From: Trichosphaerium sp. ATCC 40318
Taxonomy: Eukaryota; Protista; Tubulinea
Assembly: GCA_038496445.1 (NCBI GenBank)
Contig: JALMLS010000225.1
Coordinates: forward strand, 62,001-126,000
Direction of reading: 5' to 3'
Length of the DNA: 64,000 nucleotides
This document shows, piece by piece, positions 1-13,139 of this stretch (positions within the stretch are counted from its first letter, which is position 1; each line of letters starts with the position of its first letter). Under the pieces are notes generated by a model. That model ran no database searches and was not told the DNA's origin. It saw nothing but the letters and a program-made list of their open reading frames with translations. The position numbers and the translations under genes were made by a program.

Positions 1-815
1 GAATTGTAATGCGTGTTGATTGCAGCTTGTTTCGATACAATATGAAACTTATTAAATATTTCAGCATCAAATGTACACAGGTAGCGTTGAATATCACGTG
101 GAATATCTATTATCGTGAGTCGTTTAATATTGTCAAGACGTTGATTTGGCGATATTTGCATGGTTGATAGCTCTAAATTTACTGGTAATGCGATGAGGTA
201 GTTATAAATATAATATTTAGTTTGTCAAACAAGCGACGGTAAACAAGTCAAATACAGCGGTATTAATACAAATGATATTGCCACGTGATTAATCCTGGAG
301 GAGATAAGACCACTTTTGACTGTAAACGAGTCAACGGTTGCAATCTGATGTTTTGATTTGCAAGGAAGAACACGTGGTTATATGGATGTAGTAGGAAATA
401 TCTAGCGCCGTTTTTGGGACACTATTGTTCTTCGCGAATGTTGAAATTGAATTCGGAATCAATTGAATCATCAAGATGATTGATTTCGTCACAAATCCAT
501 ATCTGTTACGCTCAGCGATCTAGATACTACCGTTATTTAGTACATCATGTTTTAAAGATTAACGTTGCAGTTTTCGGCGTTACATAGTACGGCTTTGTAC
601 AAAACACGAAAAATCGTTTTGAACGTTGATGACTTTCCGGCTAACATAAACATAGACTCAAGTAAACAACTAGGCGAAGAGCGTATCAAATATTATTAAC
701 CAGGTGCGTGTAGGTTTTTCTTTACTTATCTTTTAAAGATTGCTAAATGTAGCAAACTGAAATACGTTCTAATAAAGCGTTGTAGTCACCCTGTAGCGTG
801 TAATACAGAAATAAG

Positions 816-3788
816 ATGGCACAACCTGCACCGCTACCTCCAGAGACTCTAATGGTTGGTCCATACCGCCTAGGGGATACTCTAGGACAAGGAACAAGCG
901 GTATTGTTAAAATAGCCAAACACGCTGAAACTGGAGAAACAGTGGCTATCAAAATCATAGACAAGTCTATCATTAACCACTACGAAGTGGTTGCAACTCA
1001 ATTAGCACGAGAAATAGCAGTAATGAAATTGTTAAACAAACATCCGAATATAATGCAGCTATACGATGTATACGAGAGTCCACAACACTTGTACGCCGTA
1101 GATACTTTTTTTTTGACAAAAAAGCGTACATTAACATGTACATAGGTTTCTTGTCATAGAATACGTTGGCGGAGGAGAACTATTCGATTGGATTATCGCA
1201 AGAGGCGTTGTCGATCTTGGTGAGGCTAAACGCATATTTAAAATGCTAATATCAGGCCTACACTACTGTCACGCTCATTTTATATGGTACGATTGACACT
1301 ACAGACAGTATTTTGCTGAATACGAACGATTTCGCTTTTATTTATGACGTAACGTTTTTTGACGCGTCCTTTTAGCCACAGAGATCTAAAACCAGAGAAT
1401 TTATTACTCTCATCGGATAAAAAAACACTTAAAATTGCTGATTTTGGTATGGCCAATGTAACCAAAGGTACACCTCTTATACTCCATTATAAGGTGTGAA
1501 AATGCTTCTAATATTTATGCAGATACTCTGTTGCAAACGTCTTGTGGAAGGTACGTCTACACAGCTCGCTCTTTATAGAACTTTGATTGATTTTTAAATT
1601 TATAAATTTTTGTTTTATTTGATTAACTCCTTGTTTTAGTCCTCATTACGTTGCACCGGAAGTTATTGCTTCTACACCTTACTCTGGAGAAAAGGCAGAC
1701 ACTTGGAGTTGTGGCGTAATCCTTTTCGCTATTGTGACGGTACACTGCAGAGAAACAAAAGGTTTTCTTGCTGATGTATTTTTTTTCGAAATAGGGAAGT
1801 TTGCCTTTTAACACAGAAAACCCTGCAGATGTAAAGTTACTCCTTCGTAGAGTAACAAGTGGGATATATAGAATCCCTTCATTTGTACCACCTGTTATAC
1901 AGGATTTGATACGTAAAATGATTGTATTAGATCCTGAAAAGCGTCTTTCAATGGCTCAAATAAAGGTGCGTTTAGAGAAAACAAAATCAATATTTTGTAA
2001 TTTAATCCTAACTTCTTTAGCAACACGCTTGGTTTAAAAATGATCCCGTACCATGGGATCATAATATGCCTAGACTACCAAGTTTTACAGAACCTGTAGA
2101 ATTTGACACCATCCCACCACACATCACTGCACATCTCCAAGGTAACTACCCTTTCAAAATGCGCTTTTTTTAATCAATGTCACATGTGTCATTTCTTCGT
2201 GGTTTTTTTTTGAAACATTGAATACTACTAACGCTCTTTGTAGCACTTGGATACCCTACAGATTTAGATTTAGTAGATGCACTACGATCTGAAACTGCAA
2301 ACTTTGAAAAAGCACTGTATTATTTACTAAAAGACTGGAATGCACGAGAAGATACTCCAGAGCCTGAACCTGAACCTGAAGTTCCAGTTATAAAAGAACC
2401 AACAAAATCACCAAAACGAGAACGCTCTCCCCCAAGAGGTACAACACCCAAGTGACGATGTTAACGTTCTAAATTCTTGTATAGCGAGGTTTCTTACTCC
2501 TCCTGGTGTTGAAGAAGCGCCAAGATCATATAAGACTACTTTGGTTTCTAAAAACGGAAACTCTCCTGATTTTGAAGAGGCACCAAGGTCATATAAGACT
2601 ACTTTGGTTAGGAAAAAAGATGTGAACTCTCTTGATGTTGAAGAAGCTCCAAGGTCATTTAAGACTACTTTAGTCTCTAAGAATGGAAGGAAACAGAGAA
2701 CAAAGTCTCTAAGCGCACACAGAAAGTCTTGGCATGTATCTAGAAATCATAGGAGGTCACCAAAATTCAAAGTACGCGAGCTTTGATCAACTCAATCTTT
2801 TTTATAAAACTTGTCATATTTCATTTGTATCTCCGAATCTTTCTCCCTCCTTTATCCATCTAGAGATACCGTGCTTCCTATTATATTAGTAGTAGTACCA
2901 GGTATTACATGGGTCAAAGGGACGGTAGTTTGACTGGAAGTGGGGTTTTTTTGGTTTTTTGTTAACAGCTGGTTTTAGTCTGTTGGTAAGAGATCTGATG
3001 TTGAGGGAGTAGTTGTAACAACAAAGCTTAAGAAATATAAAAAAGAGAAAAAACAACCTCTTCCAGAGTCTGATGATATTGTAACAGTATATACCAGGCC
3101 AAAGAAAAGATGGTTCACTTTCCTTGGATCTACTACTAGACGGTTATCAAGGAAGAAAATTAACACTGTTGTTTTGTACGTTTGCTTCAATATTTCTACG
3201 TTTTCTCATCATCACTGGCAAAAGAGGCTTCACACCTCGCCTAATAATGCTACAAAAAGTTGTTGTGACCTACATTCGCTGAAAAAACGATCTTCAAAAC
3301 TTGATTTTTTTTTACTTGTATTGTTCTTTCTCTTATTTTTGTCGTCCTATTTGTTCATCTACTTTGTTAGGGATCCTTGTCAATCTACAAATTTTGTAGT
3401 ATCCGTACCAGCGGTACTTAATGATATGGAGAAACTTATAACGAACCAAGGGTTATTAACAGCTTTTGAAGAATTTTTAAAGAAAGCTTTTTGTGAGGAA
3501 AATCTTCATTTCTTCGAGTCTGTTCTAGCTTATAAGAAACTATTCGATCAACCTACACCATGGGATGTAATGAAGGAATCAGCGACAGAAATATGTGTTA
3601 AATACTTTGGTATGGACTCAAATGAGCAAATGTTGAACATTGCTCTAGAACAACAAGAACAAGTCACAAAAGCGTACTATGCAAATCATCTGGATATTAA
3701 TACTTTTGATGATGTACAAGAAGTTGTAGTAGCTATGCTTAAGACAAAATTAACTGAGTTTTCAAAGACTCTTAAAAATAAACGATAG
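816..3788 (+). CDS. BRSK/SAD/AMPK-like CAMK Ser/Thr kinase with a C-terminal RGS domain (multi-exon)
   Basis: Spliced exons give [47 protein letters not shown] and [10 protein letters not shown]. The last exon (~3373..3788) has RGS features: [41 protein letters not shown]. Confidence 0.9.
2510..2680 (+). repeat. Three coding tandem repeats EEAPRS(Y/F)KTTLV in the kinase linker
   Basis: gaagaagc(g/t)ccaag(a/g)tcat(a/t)taagactactttg-like units at ~2511, ~2574 and ~2640. Confidence 0.85.
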
Positions 3789-4017
3789 TTGAGCCATTAT
3801 AACAAAGTCGTTTTGTTTTTTCATAGCACTGTGGTTTTGAGCTAAATAACAGCCCGTGCCTTGTGAAAGAACCTAAACTTGATGTAATTGGCCACAATAG
3901 TGGGTCACTAAAGTGGATGCAATCTCTAGCAAGTGCCGCTTTACGAGACCACAAATGTGAAATCATTTCTTAAGTTTGCTCACAAAGTTTTTCAGCGATA
4001 TTAGTCTGGCAACAGTG

Positions 4018-5019
4018 ATGGCAGCAACTATAGAGTTTTACTATGATATTGCCAGCCCTTTCTCATGGATAGGCTACGAGATTTTAAGCCGCTACGCTGA
4101 AAAGTACCCAAACAAATTCAAAATTGAGCTAAAGAACTGTTCTTTACTACGTGAGTACCCTCGTTACCTACAAAAAACATAATCGTTGAAATAAGAATTG
4201 AAAAACTTTCGTCAACACTTTAACCTGTCACGTGATCTGATTCAATTTTTTATAGCTATTTTCATGTCCTCAAAGAATATTGGCCCTGTATCGCAGATTA
4301 AGCAGAAATACCGTTTGTTAGACCTTAAAAGATCAGCAAAATGGGGAGGTATACGTTCAGATATTAATCTACCAAGCACGTTTCCGATTGATACGAGATT
4401 ACCAAATAGGTAACTTACGCTTTCCCAATTTTGGACCATTTTTTACAGTTTGTGTTTAGGGTGTTAGTCGCTATGAGCCAGAGTGGTGAAAGGCCTGATA
4501 AGGTTCCATCTGTTAGTAGAGAACTATGGCGCATGTATTGGTGTGATGATATTATCATTTCAAAGACAGAGAATATCGAAAAAGCAATGGCAAACGCAGG
4601 TACGTTGTCAAAACTTGTTTCTTAACAGTTTACATATTGGTCGATTTTCTTACCTTTCATAGGCTTAACCGATCAAGAAATAGCTAGGTACCTATCTCAA
4701 GCACAAACAGAGGGAGTAGCAACTATATTAAAGTACATAAAATGAAACGAAAAAAGAGTCAGCTTACACTTGTTGTTAAAACAAAACTAGGAAAAACACC
4801 AATGTTGCAATTAAAACAGGGTCTTTTGGACATCCTTGGCTTATTGTCAAACGTGAAGGGAAGAAAGATGAGGTATTTTTCGGAAGTGACAGGTAAGAAG
4901 AAGTGCAATATTGTTTAGATTTTTTTTCTGAAACTTCATTCTTTGAAAGGTACCATGTTTTATTTCCGCTCGTTGATGTTACATGGGTTGGCCCTTTCCC
5001 AAACAACTCAAAACTATAG
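4018..5019 (+). CDS. Glutathione S-transferase kappa / DsbA-family HCCA isomerase-like (multi-exon)
   Basis: N-terminal IEFYYDIASPFSWIGY, middle YRLLDLKRSA, C-terminal GSFGHPWLIV...FFGSDR. Confidence 0.85.
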
Positions 5020-5156
5020 AGGTTGAACCCTAAGTATTTAACCACAATCTGACTGATTTGAACTTAGCATTTGAATAAAACTATTGCGAATCACAAGAGC
5101 TATTTGTTTCTCGAATATTTCAACCAAACATTTTTTGCAATCAAATAGTTATTGTT

Positions 5157-5182
5157 GATACTACACTTGATCTTAGCCAAAA
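5157..5182 (-). repeat. Orphan 26-bp copy of U2 snRNA nt 15-40
   Basis: gatactacacttgatcttagccaaaa is the exact reverse complement of 7436..7461. Confidence 0.95.
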
Positions 5183-5469
5183 AAAAACCCTTTTGAACTA
5201 AGCATTTCTACTGTTGTTATTCTCAATTATCACGCAAAACAAAGTCCCGTATTTGAAGTTCTTTTCGTGAATAGAATTTCCAAGAAATCACGTTGTAGAA
5301 CATTTTTACAGAAAACAGTGTTGACTATTCTAGTCAACCGTGGCTCTGATCAATTTCTCGAAAAGCAACCCTGCAATGCATCTCACGAATAAACAAAGCT
5401 TTACTCAAGTTAGCAACGATTCTATACATCTGTTTCGTGTGCTAGGTTGTAGCTTCCAAATAGGCACTT

Positions 5470-5847
5470 CTTAAAAATGCCATTAGAAAACACCATTCAT
5501 ACTATTGGCTTGTCGAATACAAATATTATAGATGTTTCGTTAAAAGCTCAGTGGTGTACACACAATTCACCTTGAAGCTATTACTGTTTTTGGAATAAAG
5601 GCACTCAAAGATGTACATGAAATTTAATCAGCAATCCAAAAACTCCTGGCTCAAGCACCTTGGTAGTGGACTCAAATCATTGATTAATCTCGAGAAGCTA
5701 AGTTTAGATTGCTGTAGAAAGATTACAAGCTCAGGGATTAAGCACTTGATCAATCTCGAACACTTGACAGTTATGGAATGTTACTTGATTACAAATGATT
5801 GTTTGAACCAAGTTTACTTAGCTATTAATAAAGTACACCTAGTTTGA
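5470..5847 (+). pseudogene. Degenerate LRR (F-box/LRR family) fragment
   Basis: LEKLSLDCCRKITSSGIKHLINLEHLTVMECYLITNDCL resembles the LRRs at 56771..57706. The upstream part is frameshifted. Confidence 0.7.
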
Positions 5848-5879
5848 TATCACGTTCATTAATCTTTACCATTATATCT

Positions 5880-6440
5880 CTGCACGTCCCTTAAATACAG
5901 TTGGTGGTTTTGAAACACGTGACTTTTCTACTTTGATAAGACAAAGAAAGTGCTAATTGTGTTGCGTAACTCGTTTACACCCTCATTAGAAACGTTATGT
6001 CCATACATTATTACTGCCTTCACATCAGAAATATGTGAAAGCCAATCATCTGTAACATTTGTAGATCAATAGTACGTACTCCCTCAAGATACGTAGTACA
6101 TCCTACAATACTTAAGAGTAACTTTGTGTACACCAGCAAATGGAGCAGCAACTCCAGACAATGAAAGCAACATCATTTGTAGCAGCACACTGTAGAGAGA
6201 TATTTGGATACCACCAAGCGCCTTCATGCCCAACTCAGTTACTCTCGAACATGTTGCCATTTTGTAAAGATGTCTTCTAATGCTAACTAAATAATCCCGA
6301 GTCTGTGATACTCGGATAATACTCCATATCGAAGCTACGAACACCTTTGATAGATTTTAATCCTGAACTTGTGATACCTTTACAAATAAACAGTGCAGAT
6401 GACAGACACCATTAATAACCCCCGATCCCTTGTTTGTGAT
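5880..6440 (-). pseudogene. Degenerate LRR fragment
   Basis: CSRVTELGMKALGGI, FAGVHKVTLKYC and GVNELRNT pieces lie in different frames with stops. Same repeat style as 61983..63350. Confidence 0.6.
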
Positions 6441-7368
6441 ATAGCGGGTGCCTTTAAGTTTCAGAACTGCAGCAGGAAAAGCGAGATCGTTGTCTGTTGC
6501 TGGTGAGAACCGGTAAAACGTAATGTTGTGTTTTTAAGGAGTACTTCCAATAAACGAGCACATTGTGCTTTTGATGTTACATACTACAATATATACTGTG
6601 ACATATCACAACCTTAAGTACTCGTGCCCTTGTACAAAGGTTGGTTATATCATGGTATAACCCTTTATTATAAATTACATTATTGTCCCTGTCTCCCAAT
6701 CAGTCGATGACTCTTTTTACTTGCGAATCTGAACAGTTCGATATTGGTTCATATTGACGTTTTGCTACTTTCCAGCAACTCACTGTTGTAAACTGATGTA
6801 AGAACTTAGCTAGGTATTCAAGAAGTGTTGTATTCTTTAGAACTACTCTCGCAAATACAAAGTGGATATGTTACACTGTTATTTTAGTACAATCAAGACA
6901 CCTCCATATTAGGTATGCGCTCTTATATACCCTTAAATACAATCGCAAAGTTATACACATTAGCAAGGGTGTAGCACTATAGACCAATCACATAATTGTT
7001 ATAAAAAATGTAAACACGTGGTTGTTTATTCTTTATCCATGATAGCGCCTTTACTCACCAACAATTTATATTTGTTTCCATAATACAAGCATTGGAGGTA
7101 TTATGGGCGGGTTTTGGTTCATATTGAGCGTACCAGTGGACAATATTTGTCGAATAAAAAATGCTATTTTTTCTATGTGCAACTTTTTACTTGTAGTCGT
7201 TTTGCAACGTTGTGGGTGGATAAACTGTATTTTTTTCGCCATATCGCTGGTATAGTTACCACTACCGCATATAAAACGAATATCTTCGCCCACGCATTCT
7301 ACCTCACAGCCCAGTACGAAGTAGTTTTACAACTTTTCAATGAACAAAAAAAGTTTTTCTTTTGCCCA

Positions 7369-7421
7369 ACAATAAATTTAATTACTAGGCTGATAAATCA
7401 TGTTCAACGGCACCCAATAAG
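7369..7421 (+). promoter_or_regulatory. U2 gene proximal upstream region
   Basis: 53 bp identical to the upstream region of the other U2 gene (reverse complement of 17087..17139); the match stops beyond that. Confidence 0.75.
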
Positions 7422-7608
7422 TAACCTTCTCGGCCTTTTGGCTAAGATCAAGTGTAGTATCTGTTCTATTCAGTTTAATCTTGAATGGGGGACGAAATCA
7501 CAAGATTAAGCGAATTTTTTCCGGGGGCAGGGGATTGTCGGACTGGCTTGCCTTTCCACCCCTGCAATGATCTGTCAGGCCTTACACTACCCGCCAGATG
7601 AGGTCAAC
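7422..7608 (+). ncRNA. U2: U2 snRNA, variant copy with stem-loop IIb disrupted
   Basis: Hallmark 5' sequence CTTCTCGGCCTTTTGGCTAAGATCAAGTGTAGTATCTGTTCT with branch-point pairing GTAGTA, stem IIa, Sm-like AATTTTTT, stems III and IV. Has gggggacgaaatcac where the other copies have gggggacgaatgtcccccac. Confidence 0.93.
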
Positions 7609-8194
7609 TTTTTTTCTGAAATAAATAATTGTGGTTGTTTGAGGCTGTCTTCCGTACATTTATTTTCCAACTCACGTGTTATATTGTGCGATCTGTTTAG
7701 AACCATGGACTCTTTTCGCAGCCTCTATCCAGGTACATTAGTTTTCTGGGTTGTGTACCTCTACTATCGCGTATCAGCGCTTTTGTACGCGTTGGTAAAC
7801 CTTTTTCGCCAGTTGATGCTAACTATCTGCAGAAACCCTGTTTACGCGTCTAGTTTGGTTCACCAGACATTCAAAGGCGTTTTAGCATTTTTGTACGTTA
7901 AAACACATATTTTTCGCGATAATGTACTCACTACCGTTTAGACTTACGCTGTTTACCCACAGCGTATCACAGCAACCAGAGACGGCCTCCCAGGTACAAC
8001 TTTTGGTAATTTTTTTTTTTTTTGCACTGCACAAAACGCGTTTGGCTGAAAACACGTATATGGCCATCCCTACGCGCTGCAATCCTGTAGCGTGATTTGT
8101 GGCGTTTTGGTTGTGGACATTCATTTTTTTGTAACCTCAACCAAAAAGCGCTTTAATCGCAACTACAAGTGATTTTAACACACTATATTTTAAA

Positions 8195-11100
8195 TTGGAC
8201 ACTTACTTGGATTTTAGGAAGATTCTCACTTTTGTTTGGTGTTGGTCATGTCACGATACACACATCTTGCTCGGTGCTTGGACAATTGCTGATTTGTTGT
8301 TAGCAAAGTGGGTTGCAAGGTGTCATGTTGTGATAAACCGTAGCAAGAAACAGGGAGAAGAGTGTAACCACCAAATCGTATTAAAAAGTACTTGCGACTT
8401 TCATTTTTCTGTAAGACTAGCTTTATTTGTAGAAACTCCAACAACTGAAGCTCCTACTATAGATTCACCAAGTACAGAAGCACCAACCACTGAAGCGCCA
8501 ACTATAGAAGCATCAACCTCTACCACTGAAGCGTGTACAACTGCAGCACCAACTCCTACAACTCCAACGATTGATGCGCCACTATAGCCAAGGCACCAAC
8601 AATTGATGCTCCTAGCACCAACTACAGATGCACCAATAACTGCTCCTTCTACCACAAACGCATCAATAACTGAAGCACCAACAACTGATACTCCAACTAC
8701 AGATGCTCCTACCAGAAGCGCCAATTACTTTGGCGCCTACAACTGAGGTTCCACAACAGAAGCGCCTACTGCAAGTGCTCCAACAACTGAAGCACAACTA
8801 AGGTACCTACAACCGATGCTCCTACAACTGAACTGCCAACAACTGACACACCAACTACAGATGTTCCAAGCACCGAATTACCAACAGCAGAAGCTCCAAC
8901 TACAGGAGCTCCTATGACTGAGGTTGCTGCTACAGATGCACCTGATCACCGAAGTTCCAACCACAGAAGCTCCCACAACTGAAGCGCCAACAACTACTGA
9001 AACACCTACAACTGCAATCCCTACAACACTGAGGCGTCAACTACATTAGCGCCTACGACAGTAGTGCCTACCACAGAAGCTCCAACCACTGAGGTTCCAA
9101 CTACTGAAGCTGCAACTACAGAGGCGCCTACACCTGAACCTCCAACTACGGAACCTCTAACAACTGAAGCACAACTACTGGCGCTCCAACTACAGAAGCA
9201 CCTACAACGGTAGCGCTAACAACTGAACACCAATACATTTGAACAACTGACACTCCTACAACTGAAGCACCTGCTACTGAAGCGCCTACTACTGAAGCAC
9301 CAGCTACAAAGCTCCTACAACTGATGGTCCAACAACAGTAGCTCCAAACATGAGGCGCCAACAACTGCATCACCAACAACTGCAACGCCTACTACAAACG
9401 CATTTACTACAGACACCAACTACAGATGCACCAACTACTGAATCGCCTACTACAGCAGCTCCAGGAACTGAAGCACCAACAACTAAAGCTCCTACAGCAG
9501 TAGCGCCTACTACGTAGGTTCCTACTACTGATGCTCCTACAACTGGTACTTTTTATTTTGATTTTTATGTGGACTAACTTACCTTACAGAGTCTCCTACA
9601 ACTGAGGCACCAACAACAGATGCTCCTACAACTGATGGTCCAACAACAGTAGCTCCATGAGGCGCCAATGACTGCAACACCAACAACTGCAACGCCTACT
9701 ACAAACGCATTTCTACAGACACCAACTACAGATGCACCAACTACTGAATCGCCTACTACAGCTCCAGCAACTGAAGCACCAACAACTAAAGCTCCTACAA
9801 CAGTAGCGCCTACTACTGAAGCGCCTACTACATAGGTTCCTACTGCTGATACTCCTACAACTGGTACTTTTTATTTTGATTTTTATGTGGACTAACTTAC
9901 CTTACAGAGTCTCCTACAACTGAGGCGCCAACAACAGATGCTCCTACCATAGAAACGGCAACTACTTTGGCGCTTACTGAAGTTTCCACAACAGAGGCGC
10001 CTACTACAAGCGCTCCAACAGCACCTACAACTGACGCTCCAACAACTACAGCACCAACTACAGACTCCAACAACAGTAGCTCCAACCACAAGGCGCCAAC
10101 GACTGCAACACCAACTCCTACAACTCCAATGATTGATGCGCCACTGAAGCTCCTATAGCCAAGGCACCAACAACTGATGCTCCTACTACAGGGGCACCAT
10201 CTGCTGGGGCTCCAACTACAGATGCTCCAAAAAACTGCTCCTACATCAATAACTGAAGCGCCAACAACTGATACTCCAACTACAGATGCTCCTACCAGAA
10301 GCGCCAACTACTTTGGCAGCTACAACTGAGGTTCCAACAACAGAGGCGCCTACTACAAGTGCTCCAACAACTGAAGCACCTACAACAGAGGCTCCAACAA
10401 CCATGGAGGCGCCAACCACTGCAACGCCTACTACAGTGGCACCTACTACAGACACACCAACGACAGAGGCTCCAACTACAGAACCTCATGCTGCTACAAC
10501 TGAACTGCCAACAACTGACGCACCAACTACAGATGCTCCAACTACAGGAGCACCTACGACTGAGATTGCTGCTACAGATGCACGTGATCACCAAAGCTCC
10601 AACCACAGAAGCTCCCACAACTGAAGCGCCAACAACTACTGAAGCACCTACAACTGCAATCCCTCAACACTGAGGTGTCAACTACATTAGCGCCTACGAC
10701 AGTAGTGCCTACCACAGAAGCTCCAACCACTGAGGTTCCAACTACTGAAGCTGCAACTACAGAGGCGCCTACACCTGAACCTCCAACTACGGAACCTCCA
10801 ACACCTGAAGCACAACTACTGATGCTCCAACTACAGAAGCACCTACAACAGAAGCGCCAACAACTGAAAACCAAATATAGTGACTTGAACAACTGAAGCA
10901 CCTGAAGCGCCAACTACAAAGCTCCTACAACTGAGGGTCCAACAACAGTAGCTCCAACCATGAGGCACCAATGACTGCAACGCCTACTATTGTGGCGCCT
11001 ACTACAGACACACCAACGACAGAGCCTCCACCTATCGATGCAGCACCAACTACAGATACCCCTACAACTGGTACTTTTTATTTTGATTTTTATGTGGACT

Positions 11101-13090
11101 AACTTCCCTTACAGAGTCTCCTACAACTGAGGCACCAACAACAGGTGCTCCTACCATAGAAACGGCAACTACTTTGGCGCTTACTGAGGTTTCCACAACA
11201 GAGACGCCTACTACAAGCGCACCAACAGCACCTACAACTGACGCTCCAACAACTACAGCACCAACTACAGACTCCAACAACAGTAGCTCCAACAACGGAG
11301 GCGCCAACCACTGCAACGCCTACTATTGTGGCGCCTACTACAGACACACCAACAACAGAGCCTCCAACTACTGATGCAGCACCAACTACAGATACTCCTA
11401 CACCTGAAGCGCCTACAATGGAAACACCAACGACAGAAGCACCAACAACTGACACACCAAGTACATAAGCACCTACAACTGTAGCACCAAAACCAGTACT
11501 TTGTATTTTACTTTCTAAAGCAACTAACTTTCTTTGTAGAGGCACCAACTACAGAGGTCCAACAACTGCTCCCGCAACAGAAGCCAACCACTGATGGACC
11601 AACAGCCAAAGCACCAACTACTGAAGCCCCTACTACAGAGTCGCCAACAAGTGAACCTCCAACTACAGCGGCTCCTACAACTGATGCACCAACTGAAGCT
11701 CCAACCACTGCACCTTCAACTATAGCTCCAACTACTGAAGCTCCTACTACAAAGGCGCCTACAACTGAAGTTCCAACAACTGAAACTCCTACTACTGGAG
11801 CACCAACTACAGAGGCGCCAACCACTGAAGTACCAACTACAGCTTCTCCAACCACTGAAGCTCCTACAACTGATGCACCAACTGAAGCTCCAACCACTGC
11901 ACCTTCAACTATAGCTCCAACTACTGAAGCTCCTACTACAAAGGCGCCTACAACTGAAGCACCAACTACATAGACTCCAACCGCTGGTGCCCCTACAACT
12001 GAAGTGCCTACTACAGCAACAGCAGCCAACTACAATGCCACCAGTGACGCTTCCGCCAACTGGTACCTCCAACAACTGACACGCCAACTACTGAAGCTCC
12101 AACAACAGAGGCACCTACAACAGAAGCACCAACAACTGAAGCGCCAACCACTGAAGCATCAACTACTGTTGTTCCTATAACTGCTGCTACAACCAATACT
12201 CCAACAACTGTAGCACCAACAACCGATGCACCTACAACTGAACCAACAACAGGCACTCCAACAACGTAAGCTCCAACCACAGAAGCTCCTTCGACAGATG
12301 CCCAACTACTGAATCTCCAACATCTGGTATGCCAACAACCAAAGCACCAACAACTGAAGCGCCAACTGCAGCGCCTACAAACATAGTCTACAGAAGCGCC
12401 AACTGAAGTTCCAACAACTGAAACTCCTACTACTACTCTGAAGCTCCTACCACTGAAGTGCCTACATCTGCACCTAATACTGAATCCCCACTGGTATACC
12501 AACTACAGAGGCTTCAACCACCGAGGCCTCAACTGGTGCACCAACAACTAAAGCGCCAACAACACAGGCGCGTAGTGGTGACAACTGAAGCTCCAACTCC
12601 TACCACCAATCCACCCACAACCGATTATTCAACAACTGATGCCCAACAACTGGTACCAACACTGCGAGCGCTAAAAAACTAAATAGATTTAACCACGTTT
12701 AGATTGTGATGAGCCAAATGGCGATGGTACTTTTACTGCCTCTTCAGGATATTAGCATAACCATAAATTAAAGGCAAGGTTATCCACTACACTTTCTTTA
12801 TTGTAATGCTTTATTTAGGATAATTTGTTAAATAATAAACTTTCTTGTTTAAGAACACTGTGCATCTGTTTCTTGTCATTGGCGCATATAGCCATGACAT
12901 TCTTTACAAACTACTGCCAATGACAACAGATCCTTTAATAACACTAACACCTACAACAATAGCTCAAACGACAACATATCCTCCAACAACACTACCACCA
13001 GCTACTTTGTCTTCTACAATGATAAATCCTTAAATAGCGCTACCTTCAAAAGCGCCAGTACCAACAACAACAAACTCACCTAGTGTACAC
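8195..13090 (+). pseudogene. Mucin-like (A)PTTE-repeat surface protein with degenerate CUB-like domain, frame-disrupted
   Basis: About 4.3 kb of ~15-nt PTTEA units with many indels and in-frame stops. A short intron (gtacttttt...ctaacttaccttacag) is repeated. CUB-like remnant CDEPNGDGTFTASSGY...CHWRI at ~12700..12890. Start codon uncertain. Confidence 0.75.
8432..12660 (+). repeat. Coding minisatellite (consensus ~gcNccWacWacWgaR) with higher-order duplications
   Basis: Blocks ~8930-9180 and ~10570-10830 are near copies, as are ~9850-10110 and ~11060-11320. Confidence 0.9.
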
Positions 13091-13139
13091 AAACAAAAAA
13101 CAGTCGGACACTAACTCAACTTTATTTAGGTTTTCTGAA

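Noticed and set aside
7066-8124. ORFs at 7066-7293, 7114-7509, 7567-7941 and 7882-8124
   Set aside because: No recognisable protein features; some overlap the U2 gene. Treated as chance ORFs.
8400-12700. CRISPR-like array, or real minus-strand VVGAS proteins
   Set aside because: The units are degenerate 15-nt coding repeats with no unique spacers. Intron orientation shows the plus strand is sense, so the minus ORFs are shadows.
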